64,000 nt of DNA, taken from the NCBI GenBank assembly GCA_023229865.1, contig JALNYL010000005.1, positions 4,422 to 68,421 of the forward strand, in the 5' to 3' direction. The DNA is from Minisyncoccota bacterium. GTDB lineage: Bacteria > Patescibacteriota > Minisyncoccia > Phycocordibacterales > UBA1550. A program made the position numbers and the translations under genes. Under the pieces are notes generated by a model. The model saw nothing but the letters and a program-made list of their open reading frames with translations, made no database searches and was not told the DNA's origin. Positions 47,292-55,923 of the stretch are shown in pieces. Within the stretch, counting starts at the first letter, position 1; every line of letters begins with the position of its first letter.

Positions 47292-48162
47292 TGGGAATTT
47301 TCACACTGACGAAGTTTTTGCGTGCGCGGTGCTTTCACTCGTAAACGATGGCAATGTGGAGATCGTGCGCAGTCGCGACCCTGAGGTGTGGGCGACGGGG
47401 GATTATGTCGTGGATGTGGGTGGTGAGTATGATGTGGTTCGTGGGAGATATGACCATCACCAGCAGGGTGGTGCAGGGACGCGTGAAAATGGCATCCCAT
47501 ATTCTTCTATTGGAATAGTATGGAAAGAGTTTGGAGAGGCTTTGTGTGGAGACGCTCAGTCCGCGCAGCGCATTGATGAGAAACTCGTGCAGCCAGTAGA
47601 TATGGCGGATAATGGCGTTGATTCGTTTAATCTCACCGAGCAGAAAGTTTTTCCATATCTCTTGCATCACGTCGTCACCGCATTTCGTCCTACGTGGAAG
47701 GAAGAAGAAAATGGAACACTTTCGTTTGATGGGGGGTTTGCGCGTGCGGTCGAAATTGCAAAACAAGTTATCGTGCGCGAGATTACGCTTGCGAAGGATC
47801 AGCGCGAGGGGGAAAGAATTGTCGCGGACCTTTATGAAAAATCAGAAGACAAGCGCATCATCGTGATCGACGGGCAGTATCCTTGGGAGTGGATACTCAC
47901 ACAATTCCCTGAGCCTCTTTACATCGTAAAGCCTGATCATGAAAACGGTGGCAAGTGGAAAGTAAAAACAGTGCGCAATAGCGTCGATTCTTTTGAATCG
48001 CGAAAACTTTTGCCTGAATCATGGGCAGGGAAGCGTGATCAGGAATTTGTAGAAATAACGGGTGTTGCCGATGCCTTTTTCTGTCACAATAAGCGCTTCA
48101 TTGCCGGCGCTGGCTCAAAAGAGGGCGCGCTTGCGCTCGCAAAATTAGCCCTTGATGCGTAG
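47245..48162 (+). CDS. MYG1/UPF0160-family metal-dependent hydrolase
   Basis: THSGNFHTDEVFACAVL signature; overlaps dedA 3' end by 47 nt. Confidence 0.8.
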   Translation: MNATNTKNSKRIITHSGNFHTDEVFACAVLSLVNDGNVEIVRSRDPEVWATGDYVVDVGGEYDVVRGRYDHHQQGGAGTRENGIPYSSIGIVWKEFGEALCGDAQSAQRIDEKLVQPVDMADNGVDSFNLTEQKVFPYLLHHVVTAFRPTWKEEENGTLSFDGGFARAVEIAKQVIVREITLAKDQREGERIVADLYEKSEDKRIIVIDGQYPWEWILTQFPEPLYIVKPDHENGGKWKVKTVRNSVDSFESRKLLPESWAGKRDQEFVEITGVADAFFCHNKRFIAGAGSKEGALALAKLALDA

Positions 48163-48267
48163 TGTGTTTTTCTGCATACTTGCGGAAAATCCGGTTTCGT
48201 GTTACTTTTAGCGCTCAATATTACTTAACGTACACATTCGGCGTACACTTCTAATTTTAAAAATATT

Positions 48268-49251
48268 ATGGCTTTCGTTGATGAAATGACAATGCATATG
48301 AAGGCAGGTGACGGCGGAAACGGCGTTATGCGTCTTAAGCACGAGAAAGGCAAGGAATTTGCTGGGCCTTCTGGTGGTGACGGTGGTAAGGGTGGGGATG
48401 TGTACATCCACGCTGTTCGTGATGTGCATATTCTCCTCAAGTATCGTCACGAGAAGGATTTTGCCGCAGAGCGCGCAGGAGATGGTGGAAACGACAGTAT
48501 GCACGGCCGCAACGGCGATGACTTCGTTTTGGATTTGCCTATTGGCTCTATTGTGACCAATGTTGACTCAGGCGAAACCTACGAGCTTCTGCATGAAGAT
48601 CAGAAGATTCTCGTGCTTAAGGGTGGACGTGGTGGATTTGGTAATGAGCACTTCAAGACATCGACGAACCGTACGCCAAAGGAGCATGTGCCAGGGATGA
48701 AGGGGTTGGAGGCTGATTTTAAAGTCGAGCTTCAAATCGTTGCAGACCTCGGTCTTGTTGGGTTGCCAAACGCTGGCAAGTCATCTCTCTTGAACACACT
48801 TACGCGTGCGGGGGCGAAGACTGCGGACTATGCGTTTACTACACTTGAGCCAAACTTGGGAGAGTGTTATGGATTTATTATTGCAGACATCCCAGGTCTT
48901 ATCGAAGGTGCGTCAGAGGGTCGTGGACTCGGTCATAAGTTCCTCCGCCACGTGAAGCGTACACACGTACTCGCACATTTGGTATCACTCGAGAATGAGA
49001 ATCCTCTTGAGGTGTACAAGACCGTGCGCAAGGAGCTTGAAGCTTTCGATAAAGAGCTCGCGTCAAAGCACGAGATCATTGTCCTTACGAAGACTGATAT
49101 GGTAACTCCTGAGCGTGTGAAGGAAGTGGGAAAAGAAATGAAGAAGGCTTGCCCTGAATCGGAAATCTTCACTATCACTATCCTCGACGATGAAGGAATG
49201 AAGAAGTTCCAAGATGATCTTTTGAAACTATTGAAGGAAGCGGATAAATAA
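48268..49251 (+). CDS. obg: GTPase Obg
   Basis: Gly-rich Obg fold N-terminus and GLPNAGKSSLLN G1 motif. Confidence 0.95.
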   Translation: MAFVDEMTMHMKAGDGGNGVMRLKHEKGKEFAGPSGGDGGKGGDVYIHAVRDVHILLKYRHEKDFAAERAGDGGNDSMHGRNGDDFVLDLPIGSIVTNVDSGETYELLHEDQKILVLKGGRGGFGNEHFKTSTNRTPKEHVPGMKGLEADFKVELQIVADLGLVGLPNAGKSSLLNTLTRAGAKTADYAFTTLEPNLGECYGFIIADIPGLIEGASEGRGLGHKFLRHVKRTHVLAHLVSLENENPLEVYKTVRKELEAFDKELASKHEIIVLTKTDMVTPERVKEVGKEMKKACPESEIFTITILDDEGMKKFQDDLLKLLKEADK

Positions 49252-49265
49252 GGGGAATTTGGTAA

Positions 49266-49309
49266 AACAAAGGGTCGGGAACGCATTGCGTTCCCGACCC
49301 TTTGTTTTG
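49266..49309 (+). terminator. intrinsic terminator (19-bp stem)
   Basis: aacaaagggtcgggaacgca-ttgc-gttcccgaccctttgtt. Confidence 0.85.
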
Positions 49310-49353
49310 AGGGAGGATTATCGTCGTGATAATTTTATGCTACAATCTCCCTT

Positions 49354-50766
49354 ATGAGTTACAAACTTACCGTGGGGCTCGAGGTTCATGCCGAGCTCAA
49401 GACAAAAACAAAGATGTTCTGCAATTCGGCGAACGACCCCTTCAATTCTGAGCCGAATGTGAATATTTGTCCTGTGTGTATGGCGCACCCGGGGACCTTG
49501 CCCGTGATCAACAAGCAGGCGGTGCGTCACGTACTCCGCGTGGGGACAGCGCTCGGCTCTAACCTCGCTGATTTCACCGAGTTTGACCGCAAGAACTATT
49601 TTTACCCCGACATTCCAAAGGGCTATCAAATCAGCCAGTACAAATATCCACTCGTATCAAATGGCGTGCTTGCGGGGATTGCTATTGAACGTGTGCATCT
49701 CGAGGAAGACACCGCGAGCTCGTCGCATGAAGGAAGTGAGGGGAGTCTCGTCGACTACAATCGCGCAGGCGTACCCCTCATGGAGCTTGTAACGAAGCCC
49801 GTCATTCACAGCGCTGAAGACGCAGGGCGTTTTGCACGTGAGCTTCAGCTTCTCCTCCGCACACTCGGTGTGTCAGATGCAAACATGGAGAAAGGAGAGA
49901 TGCGCGTGGAAGCAAACATTTCAATATCAAAGACAGATAAGCTTGGTACGAAAGTGGAAGTGAAAAACTTGAACTCATTCCGCTCAGTAGAGCGCGCTAT
50001 CGCGTACGAGGTTGAGCGCATGACGCGTATCCTCGATGGTGGCGAAGGGGAGATCGTACAGGAGACACGTGGTTGGGACGAGGTTGCTCAGAAAACATTT
50101 TCACAGCGCAAGAAGGAGTCAGCACATGACTACCGCTATTTCCCTGATCCAGATTTACCAAAGCTCAAGATTTCAGAAATTCCTGAATTTTCAAATGAAG
50201 CTTTGAAGGCGACAATGCCTGAGCTTCCTTGGGAGAAGCGTGAGCGACTCGTGCGTGAGTATGGTGTGAAGCCAGAAAATGCGGAAGCGTTTACCGTAGA
50301 TAGCAAACTCGGCGGACTTTTTGAGGAGGCTGTTCTCGCAACAGACTCTGACCTCTCGGTGGTCACGCTTCTCGAAAACTACATTACGTCGGACCTCGTA
50401 GGACTTATGAAAGGGAGCGATTCTTTTGGTGGTATCACAGGCGCGACACTTGCCGAACTCGTGCTTATGATCAAGGCAGGTGACCTCTCATCACGTGGAG
50501 CAAAGGATACGCTCGCGATAATGTATGCCGAAGGTGGTGAGTCACGCGCAATCGCAGAGAAAAATAATTTCATCCAGAAGAACGATATTGAGGCACTCAA
50601 GAAAATTGTTGAGGAAGCAATCTCTGCAAACCCAACCGTTGTCGCTGACTACAAGTCTGGCAAGGTTGCACTCATTCAATTCTTCGTAGGGCAGGGGATG
50701 AAAGCATCAAAAGGATCAGGCAATCCTGCAATCCTCAAGCAACTCTTTGAAGAGGGATTGAAGTAA
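49354..50766 (+). CDS. gatB: Asp-tRNA(Asn)/Glu-tRNA(Gln) amidotransferase subunit B
   Basis: GLEVHAEL, NICPVC, RKNYFYPD GatB signatures. Confidence 0.95.
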   Translation: MSYKLTVGLEVHAELKTKTKMFCNSANDPFNSEPNVNICPVCMAHPGTLPVINKQAVRHVLRVGTALGSNLADFTEFDRKNYFYPDIPKGYQISQYKYPLVSNGVLAGIAIERVHLEEDTASSSHEGSEGSLVDYNRAGVPLMELVTKPVIHSAEDAGRFARELQLLLRTLGVSDANMEKGEMRVEANISISKTDKLGTKVEVKNLNSFRSVERAIAYEVERMTRILDGGEGEIVQETRGWDEVAQKTFSQRKKESAHDYRYFPDPDLPKLKISEIPEFSNEALKATMPELPWEKRERLVREYGVKPENAEAFTVDSKLGGLFEEAVLATDSDLSVVTLLENYITSDLVGLMKGSDSFGGITGATLAELVLMIKAGDLSSRGAKDTLAIMYAEGGESRAIAEKNNFIQKNDIEALKKIVEEAISANPTVVADYKSGKVALIQFFVGQGMKASKGSGNPAILKQLFEEGLK

Positions 50767-50773
50767 AAAATCA

Positions 50774-50801
50774 AAAAAGGCACGGTGTTCGTGCCTTTTT
50801 T
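50774..50801 (+). terminator. intrinsic terminator
   Basis: aaaaaaggcacg-gtgttc-gtgcctttttt. Confidence 0.85.
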
Positions 50802-50858
50802 GCTGTGTATGGTAAAATATCCAGATAGTTTTAATCATTTTAACAACAATAAATCAGC

Positions 50859-51908
50859 ATGAGAAAAGTACGAGTAGCTATTAACGGGTTTGGGCGCATT
50901 GGACGCGCGTTTTATAAGTTGGCACGCACACGTCCTGAGTTTGAGATTGTGGCAGTGAACGACCTTGGCGACCCTGAGAACATGGCATACCTCCTCAAGT
51001 ACGACACTGCGTACGGCAAGGCTGATTTTGAAGTGACCGTAGTTCCTCCTGCAGAAAGTGAGGAACCAGGATTCATTGTTGGTGGACACAAAGTTCTCCT
51101 CATTCAAGAAAAAGATGCAACCAAGCTCCCTTGGGCGAAGCACAATATTGATATCGTGGTGGAGTCGACAGGTTTCTTTACAAGCTATGAGAAATCAAAA
51201 GTACATCTCGACGCAGGTGCAAAGCGTGTGGTCATCACCGCTCCTGTAAAAGGAGAGGCAGTTGTTCCTGGCATCACTGGCGTGACGGTGCTTATGGGTA
51301 TCAATGAAGAGCTCCTCTCAACGTGTGATATCTCATCAAACGCATCATGTACAACCAATGCAGCATCACCACTCATCCACATTCTTCATGAGGCTATTGG
51401 TATTGAGAAAGCACTCCTCAACACGACACACGCATACACAGGGACGCAGAAGATCGTCGATGGTCCTGGAGGAAAGGATCTCCGTGGTGGACGTGCTGCT
51501 GCACAGAATATGATCCCTGGTTCAACAGGGGCAGCTATTGCGGTAACTGAGGCGGTGCCAGATCTCATTGGGAAGTTTGATGGTATTGCAATCCGCGTGC
51601 CGGTGATTGCGGGCTCAATCGCAGACATTACCTTCATCGCAAAGCGCAACACTTCAGCAGAAGAAGTGAACCAGATTCTCCGCGATGCTGCAAAGGACCC
51701 TCGCTGGGAAGGAGTCTTCACGGTAAGTGAGGAACCTATTGTATCTTCGGATATCGTGGGCGAGCTCTATGGAGCTATTGCTGACCTTGAGATGACACGC
51801 GTAGCTGATGGCAATCTTGTGAAGGTGCTCTCATGGTATGACAATGAAATGGGTTACACTAACACACTTGTAAAGCACGTAGCAAAGGTAGCAAGCCATC
51901 TAGAATAA
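50859..51908 (+). CDS. gap: glyceraldehyde-3-phosphate dehydrogenase, type I
   Basis: VAINGFGRIGR, SCTTN active site region. Confidence 0.95.
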   Translation: MRKVRVAINGFGRIGRAFYKLARTRPEFEIVAVNDLGDPENMAYLLKYDTAYGKADFEVTVVPPAESEEPGFIVGGHKVLLIQEKDATKLPWAKHNIDIVVESTGFFTSYEKSKVHLDAGAKRVVITAPVKGEAVVPGITGVTVLMGINEELLSTCDISSNASCTTNAASPLIHILHEAIGIEKALLNTTHAYTGTQKIVDGPGGKDLRGGRAAAQNMIPGSTGAAIAVTEAVPDLIGKFDGIAIRVPVIAGSIADITFIAKRNTSAEEVNQILRDAAKDPRWEGVFTVSEEPIVSSDIVGELYGAIADLEMTRVADGNLVKVLSWYDNEMGYTNTLVKHVAKVASHLE

Positions 51909-51913
51909 TATTT

Positions 51914-52354
51914 ATGAGGATTTTCATCGGCACCGATCACGCAGGGTTTGAACTCAAGGAAGCACTTGTACCTTTCTTGCGCGAGCTTGGACATGATGTA
52001 GAAGATATGGGCGCGCACACCTTTGAGGCGCTTGATGATTATCCTGATTTTATTCGTCCTGTTGCAGAAGCGGTTGCAAATGATTTGGAATCTCGCGGAA
52101 TCATCCTCGGTGGTTCGGGGCAAGGGGAGGCAATGTGTGCAAATCGGGTGAAAGGTATTCGCGCTGCAGTGTACTACGGTGGGCCGTTTGATATTGCTGT
52201 CCTTTCTCGCGAACACAACGACGCAAACATTCTTTCACTTGGGGCACGATTTGTGACAGAAGATGAAACAAGGGAAGTAGTGCGCGTGTGGCTCGAGACG
52301 GCGTTTAGTGGTGAGGAAAAGCACGCGCGAAGAATTGCGAAGCTTGATAAATAA
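51914..52354 (+). CDS. rpiB: ribose-5-phosphate isomerase B
   Basis: IGTDHAGFELK..., GGSGQGEAMCANR RpiB/LacAB signatures. Confidence 0.9.
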   Translation: MRIFIGTDHAGFELKEALVPFLRELGHDVEDMGAHTFEALDDYPDFIRPVAEAVANDLESRGIILGGSGQGEAMCANRVKGIRAAVYYGGPFDIAVLSREHNDANILSLGARFVTEDETREVVRVWLETAFSGEEKHARRIAKLDK

Positions 52355-52359
52355 AAACC

Positions 52360-53031
52360 ATGATTGAAATTATTCCCGCAATAATGCCACGTGACTACGA
52401 TGACCTCGATGAAAAGATGAGTCTTTTTGTGAACGTCGTGCCACTTGTCCAGCTCGATATTATGGATGGCAAATTTGTGCCTGCACGGACGTGGCCGTAT
52501 CCGCGCGACCCACACTTCGATGCCTTGATGACTGAAGAGGAGGGGATGCCGTCGTGGGAAGATATTAACTTTGAAGCGGACTTGATGATTAAAGATCCCG
52601 AGCTCTGGGTTGCAAAGTGGGTGATTGCAGGAGCAAGCCGCATCATTGTACACATCGAAGGGATGAGTGACTTCGAGACTATTCGTGCTGGGGTACCTGA
52701 GGGTTTGATCGAGCTCGGTCTTGCGATTAACACCACGACTTCACTCTCGGCAATCGAGCCATATCTCGATCGTATCGATTTCGTACAATGCATGGGGATT
52801 GCGCGCATTGGTTTCCAGGGGGAGCCATTTGATGAACGCGTACTCGACCATGTGCGCGCTATCCGCGCACTCCAACCCGAGATGCCTATTAGTATTGATG
52901 GCTCGGTAAACTTCGACACCGCGCGCGCCCTTGTGGATGCAGGAGCAACACGTCTCGTGTCGGGTTCGGCAATCCTTGAGGCAGATGACTTCGTCGGCGC
53001 TATTAACAAGTTTGAGAATTTGGTACAATAG
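52360..53031 (+). CDS. rpe: ribulose-phosphate 3-epimerase (divergent)
   Basis: DIMDGKFVP motif, TIM-barrel, pentose-phosphate operon context. Confidence 0.8.
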   Translation: MIEIIPAIMPRDYDDLDEKMSLFVNVVPLVQLDIMDGKFVPARTWPYPRDPHFDALMTEEEGMPSWEDINFEADLMIKDPELWVAKWVIAGASRIIVHIEGMSDFETIRAGVPEGLIELGLAINTTTSLSAIEPYLDRIDFVQCMGIARIGFQGEPFDERVLDHVRAIRALQPEMPISIDGSVNFDTARALVDAGATRLVSGSAILEADDFVGAINKFENLVQ

Positions 53032-53035
53032 CCCC

Positions 53036-53905
53036 ATGACACATCTCCACGACGAAAAAACAAAGTTCCTTGAAGAGAAAGCGATTGAGATTCGCAAGTC
53101 GATCATTGAGGCGCTCGTAGAAGCAAAATCAGGACACACCGCGGGGCCTCTCGGAATGACGGATATTTTTACCGCATTCTATTTTCATATTTTGAAACAG
53201 GATCCAAAGAATCCTACTTGGGAAGATCGTGACCGCGTCGTCCTTTCAAATGGACACATTTGTCCTGTACTCTATGCGACGATGGCTCACGCAGGATATT
53301 TCCCTGTGGAGGAGCTCAAAACACTCCGCAAATTCGGCTCACGCCTCCAAGGACATCCTCATCGTGAATATCTTCCCATGCTTGAGACAAGCTCGGGCCC
53401 ACTCGGGCAGGGGCTTTCACAGGCGGTCGGTATGGCGCTCGTTGATCGTCTTGATCGCGGACAGAATACCAATAGAACCGTGTACTGTTTCTTGGGGGAC
53501 GGTGAGCTCAATGAAGGACAGGTATGGGAAGCAGCAATGCTCGCAGGGAAGGAGAAGCTCCACAACCTTGTCGCAATCGTCGATCGCAATAATATTCAAA
53601 TCGACGGATACACAGAAAATGTGATGCCGCTCGAACCGCTCGCACTCAAGTGGGCATCGTTTGGTTGGCACGTGCTTGAGATCGACGGACACAATATGGC
53701 AGCCATCGTAGACGCCGTCGACGCAGCACGCGCAATTTTTGAAAAGCCGTCAGTGATCATTGCACACACAACCCCTGGTAAGGGGGTGGAGATGTTTGAG
53801 AATGACTACAAGTGGCACGGCAACCCCCCTAATAAAGAGCAGGGAGAGAATGCTCTTGCGGAGCTTCGCACACTTGGAGGGCAAATTGATAGTGAGCATC
53901 AATAA
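53036..53905 (+). CDS. transketolase, N-terminal (thiamine-PP-binding) subunit
   Basis: SGHTAGPLGM, GDGELNEGQVWEA TPP motif; ORF-track start 52931 trimmed to MTHLHDEK. Confidence 0.9.
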   Translation: MTHLHDEKTKFLEEKAIEIRKSIIEALVEAKSGHTAGPLGMTDIFTAFYFHILKQDPKNPTWEDRDRVVLSNGHICPVLYATMAHAGYFPVEELKTLRKFGSRLQGHPHREYLPMLETSSGPLGQGLSQAVGMALVDRLDRGQNTNRTVYCFLGDGELNEGQVWEAAMLAGKEKLHNLVAIVDRNNIQIDGYTENVMPLEPLALKWASFGWHVLEIDGHNMAAIVDAVDAARAIFEKPSVIIAHTTPGKGVEMFENDYKWHGNPPNKEQGENALAELRTLGGQIDSEHQ

Positions 53906-53906
53906 A

Positions 53907-54347
53907 ATGAACAATAAGAAGTCACAGCATTTTGTCTCAGTACTCGTGCTTTTTTTGACCAGAGTTGGTTTTGTTGTTTTGACCCCATTTTTAACCGCAA
54001 CATCTGTTTTTTTGTTTGGCACAGATTCAGTAATGGTTGAAGAATACTCACTCACTCTTCCCTTGATGTTTGAATTTTTTTCATTATTTGTCGCACTTCC
54101 ATTACTTTTAATACTCAGTTTTGTTAGGAAACCAAGGTTCTATGTGAGTACCTTTTTGGCAAATATTTTTGCAGCAACACCTTTTATTTTTGGTATTGCC
54201 TTGTTTGGAGGTTTTATGAAGTTCCCATACGTTACACAAATTTTTGCGCTTAAGGCAACTCTTTCCCCGGCAATAATCTCATTTATTTTTGGAGTTATTA
54301 TCAATTATCATTTCAAAAAAAAGCAAAATGAAGTAGAATCTAAATAA
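53907..54347 (+). CDS. hypothetical integral membrane protein inserted between transketolase subunit genes
   Basis: 146 aa, 4 TM helices; ATG one nt after tktN stop. Confidence 0.55.
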   Translation: MNNKKSQHFVSVLVLFLTRVGFVVLTPFLTATSVFLFGTDSVMVEEYSLTLPLMFEFFSLFVALPLLLILSFVRKPRFYVSTFLANIFAATPFIFGIALFGGFMKFPYVTQIFALKATLSPAIISFIFGVIINYHFKKKQNEVESK

Positions 54348-54348
54348 C

Positions 54349-55317
54349 ATGACCCCACTTAATCCAAAACTTTTTGATACTGACGTAGAGCAAGCTCCTA
54401 TTCGTGCTGGCTTTGGCGAGGGGCTCGTGCTTGCGGGACGTGCAGATGATCGCGTCGTCGCCATGTGTTGTGACCTCACGGAATCGACCAAGATGGATGC
54501 ATTTGCAAAAGAATTTCCAAAGCGATTTTTTGAAATGGGGATTATGGAGCAGTCATCGATTTCAGTTGCATCAGGGATGGCAGCGATGGGAAAGGTTCCT
54601 TTTGTCTCGTCATACGCGATGTTTTCTCCAGGACGTAGCTGGGAGCAGATTCGTACAACGGTTTGTTATAATGATCGTCCGGTAAAAATCGTTGGTTCGC
54701 ACGCGGGGATCTCTGTTGGGCCTGATGGAGGGACCCATCAAGCGATTGAGGATATCGCTATCACACGTGTTCTTCCTAATATGACCGTCATCGCTCCGTG
54801 TGACAGTATTGAAGCGCGCAAAGCAACTCTCGCAATGGCAAAAACAAATTCGCCAACCTATATTCGTCTCGCGCGCGAGAAGACACCTATCGTTACTACG
54901 GAAGAAACGCCATTTGAAATAGGGAAGGCACAAGAATTTTTCCGCACCGAAAGTCCCAAGGTTGGCATTATTGCATGTGGTGGACTCGTTTACAATGCGC
55001 TTGTGGCGGCAAAAGAGCTTCAGGCCGAGGGAGTTAACACTGTTGTGCTCAATATAGCAACGATCAAGCCACTTGATCGTGATGCGGTGATTGCACTTGC
55101 AAAAGAATGCAATGCTATCGTCTCTGTAGAGGAGCATCAGGTCGCAGGAGGTCTTGGCTCGGCTATTGCAGAAGTTCTCGCCGTAGAGCATCCAACAAAG
55201 ATGGCATTCATCGGTGTGCATGATAAGTTTGGCCAGTCAGGTACGCCAACAGAGCTCATTGAGCACTACGGTATGGGGATTAGTCATATCAAGGAGGCAG
55301 TTAAAAAACTTTTGTAA
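54349..55317 (+). CDS. transketolase, C-terminal (pyrimidine-binding) subunit
   Basis: FFEMGIMEQSSISVASGMAAMG..., classic split-tkt C subunit. Confidence 0.9.
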   Translation: MTPLNPKLFDTDVEQAPIRAGFGEGLVLAGRADDRVVAMCCDLTESTKMDAFAKEFPKRFFEMGIMEQSSISVASGMAAMGKVPFVSSYAMFSPGRSWEQIRTTVCYNDRPVKIVGSHAGISVGPDGGTHQAIEDIAITRVLPNMTVIAPCDSIEARKATLAMAKTNSPTYIRLAREKTPIVTTEETPFEIGKAQEFFRTESPKVGIIACGGLVYNALVAAKELQAEGVNTVVLNIATIKPLDRDAVIALAKECNAIVSVEEHQVAGGLGSAIAEVLAVEHPTKMAFIGVHDKFGQSGTPTELIEHYGMGISHIKEAVKKLL

Positions 55318-55329
55318 TGCGTGTAAACA

Positions 55330-55363
55330 AAAAGAACTTCCTTTCATAGGGAAGTTCTTTTTC
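55330..55363 (+). terminator. intrinsic terminator
   Basis: aaaagaacttccct-ttcata-gggaagttcttttt. Confidence 0.85.
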
Positions 55364-55434
55364 AGTAGGGGTTATCCACTGTTTGTTTCAAAAGTTCCTT
55401 GCGAAGCATGAGTGATTAAAAGTATACTGTTTGA

Positions 55435-55923
55435 ATGAACAATAAGAAAATAATTCTTATAGGTGTGGGAGGTATTATTGCTGCGCTTCTTTGTGTCCTC
55501 TTTTTTAATATGCAAAAGAGTGAGAATCTTTCCCCTCAGTCAGGGGAACAAACAACAATAAGTGCACAACCTGTAAAAACAGATTTTGGCATCAGTGTGC
55601 CAGCCGACTTTCCTGCCGATATTCCTACAGAGAAAGGAGCGAAGGTTGAACAGAGCTATAGTTTAAACTATGCTAACCAGAAGCAGCTCACCATTGTTTT
55701 CCTTTCTGCAAAAACGGTAAAAGAAAATTATAATCTCTATGCAGATTTTCTTAAAAAACAGAATTGGAGCGTTGCCAATACTTACGAAGGGATACCAGTT
55801 TCTTCTCTTTATGCTACAAAGGAAAACAATGACATTAATATAACTATTAGCGAAAACATCTCGACCCCAATGATTAAATCACAGGTAAGTATTAGTGTAT
55901 TAAAAAATGAAAAATCAAATTAA
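55435..55923 (+). CDS. hypothetical membrane-anchored protein
   Basis: N-terminal TM helix, 162 aa. Confidence 0.5.
   Translation: MNNKKIILIGVGGIIAALLCVLFFNMQKSENLSPQSGEQTTISAQPVKTDFGISVPADFPADIPTEKGAKVEQSYSLNYANQKQLTIVFLSAKTVKENYNLYADFLKKQNWSVANTYEGIPVSSLYATKENNDINITISENISTPMIKSQVSISVLKNEKSN

Noticed and set aside
52395-53063. 222-aa minus-strand ORF
   Set aside because: Antisense to the well-supported rpe gene.
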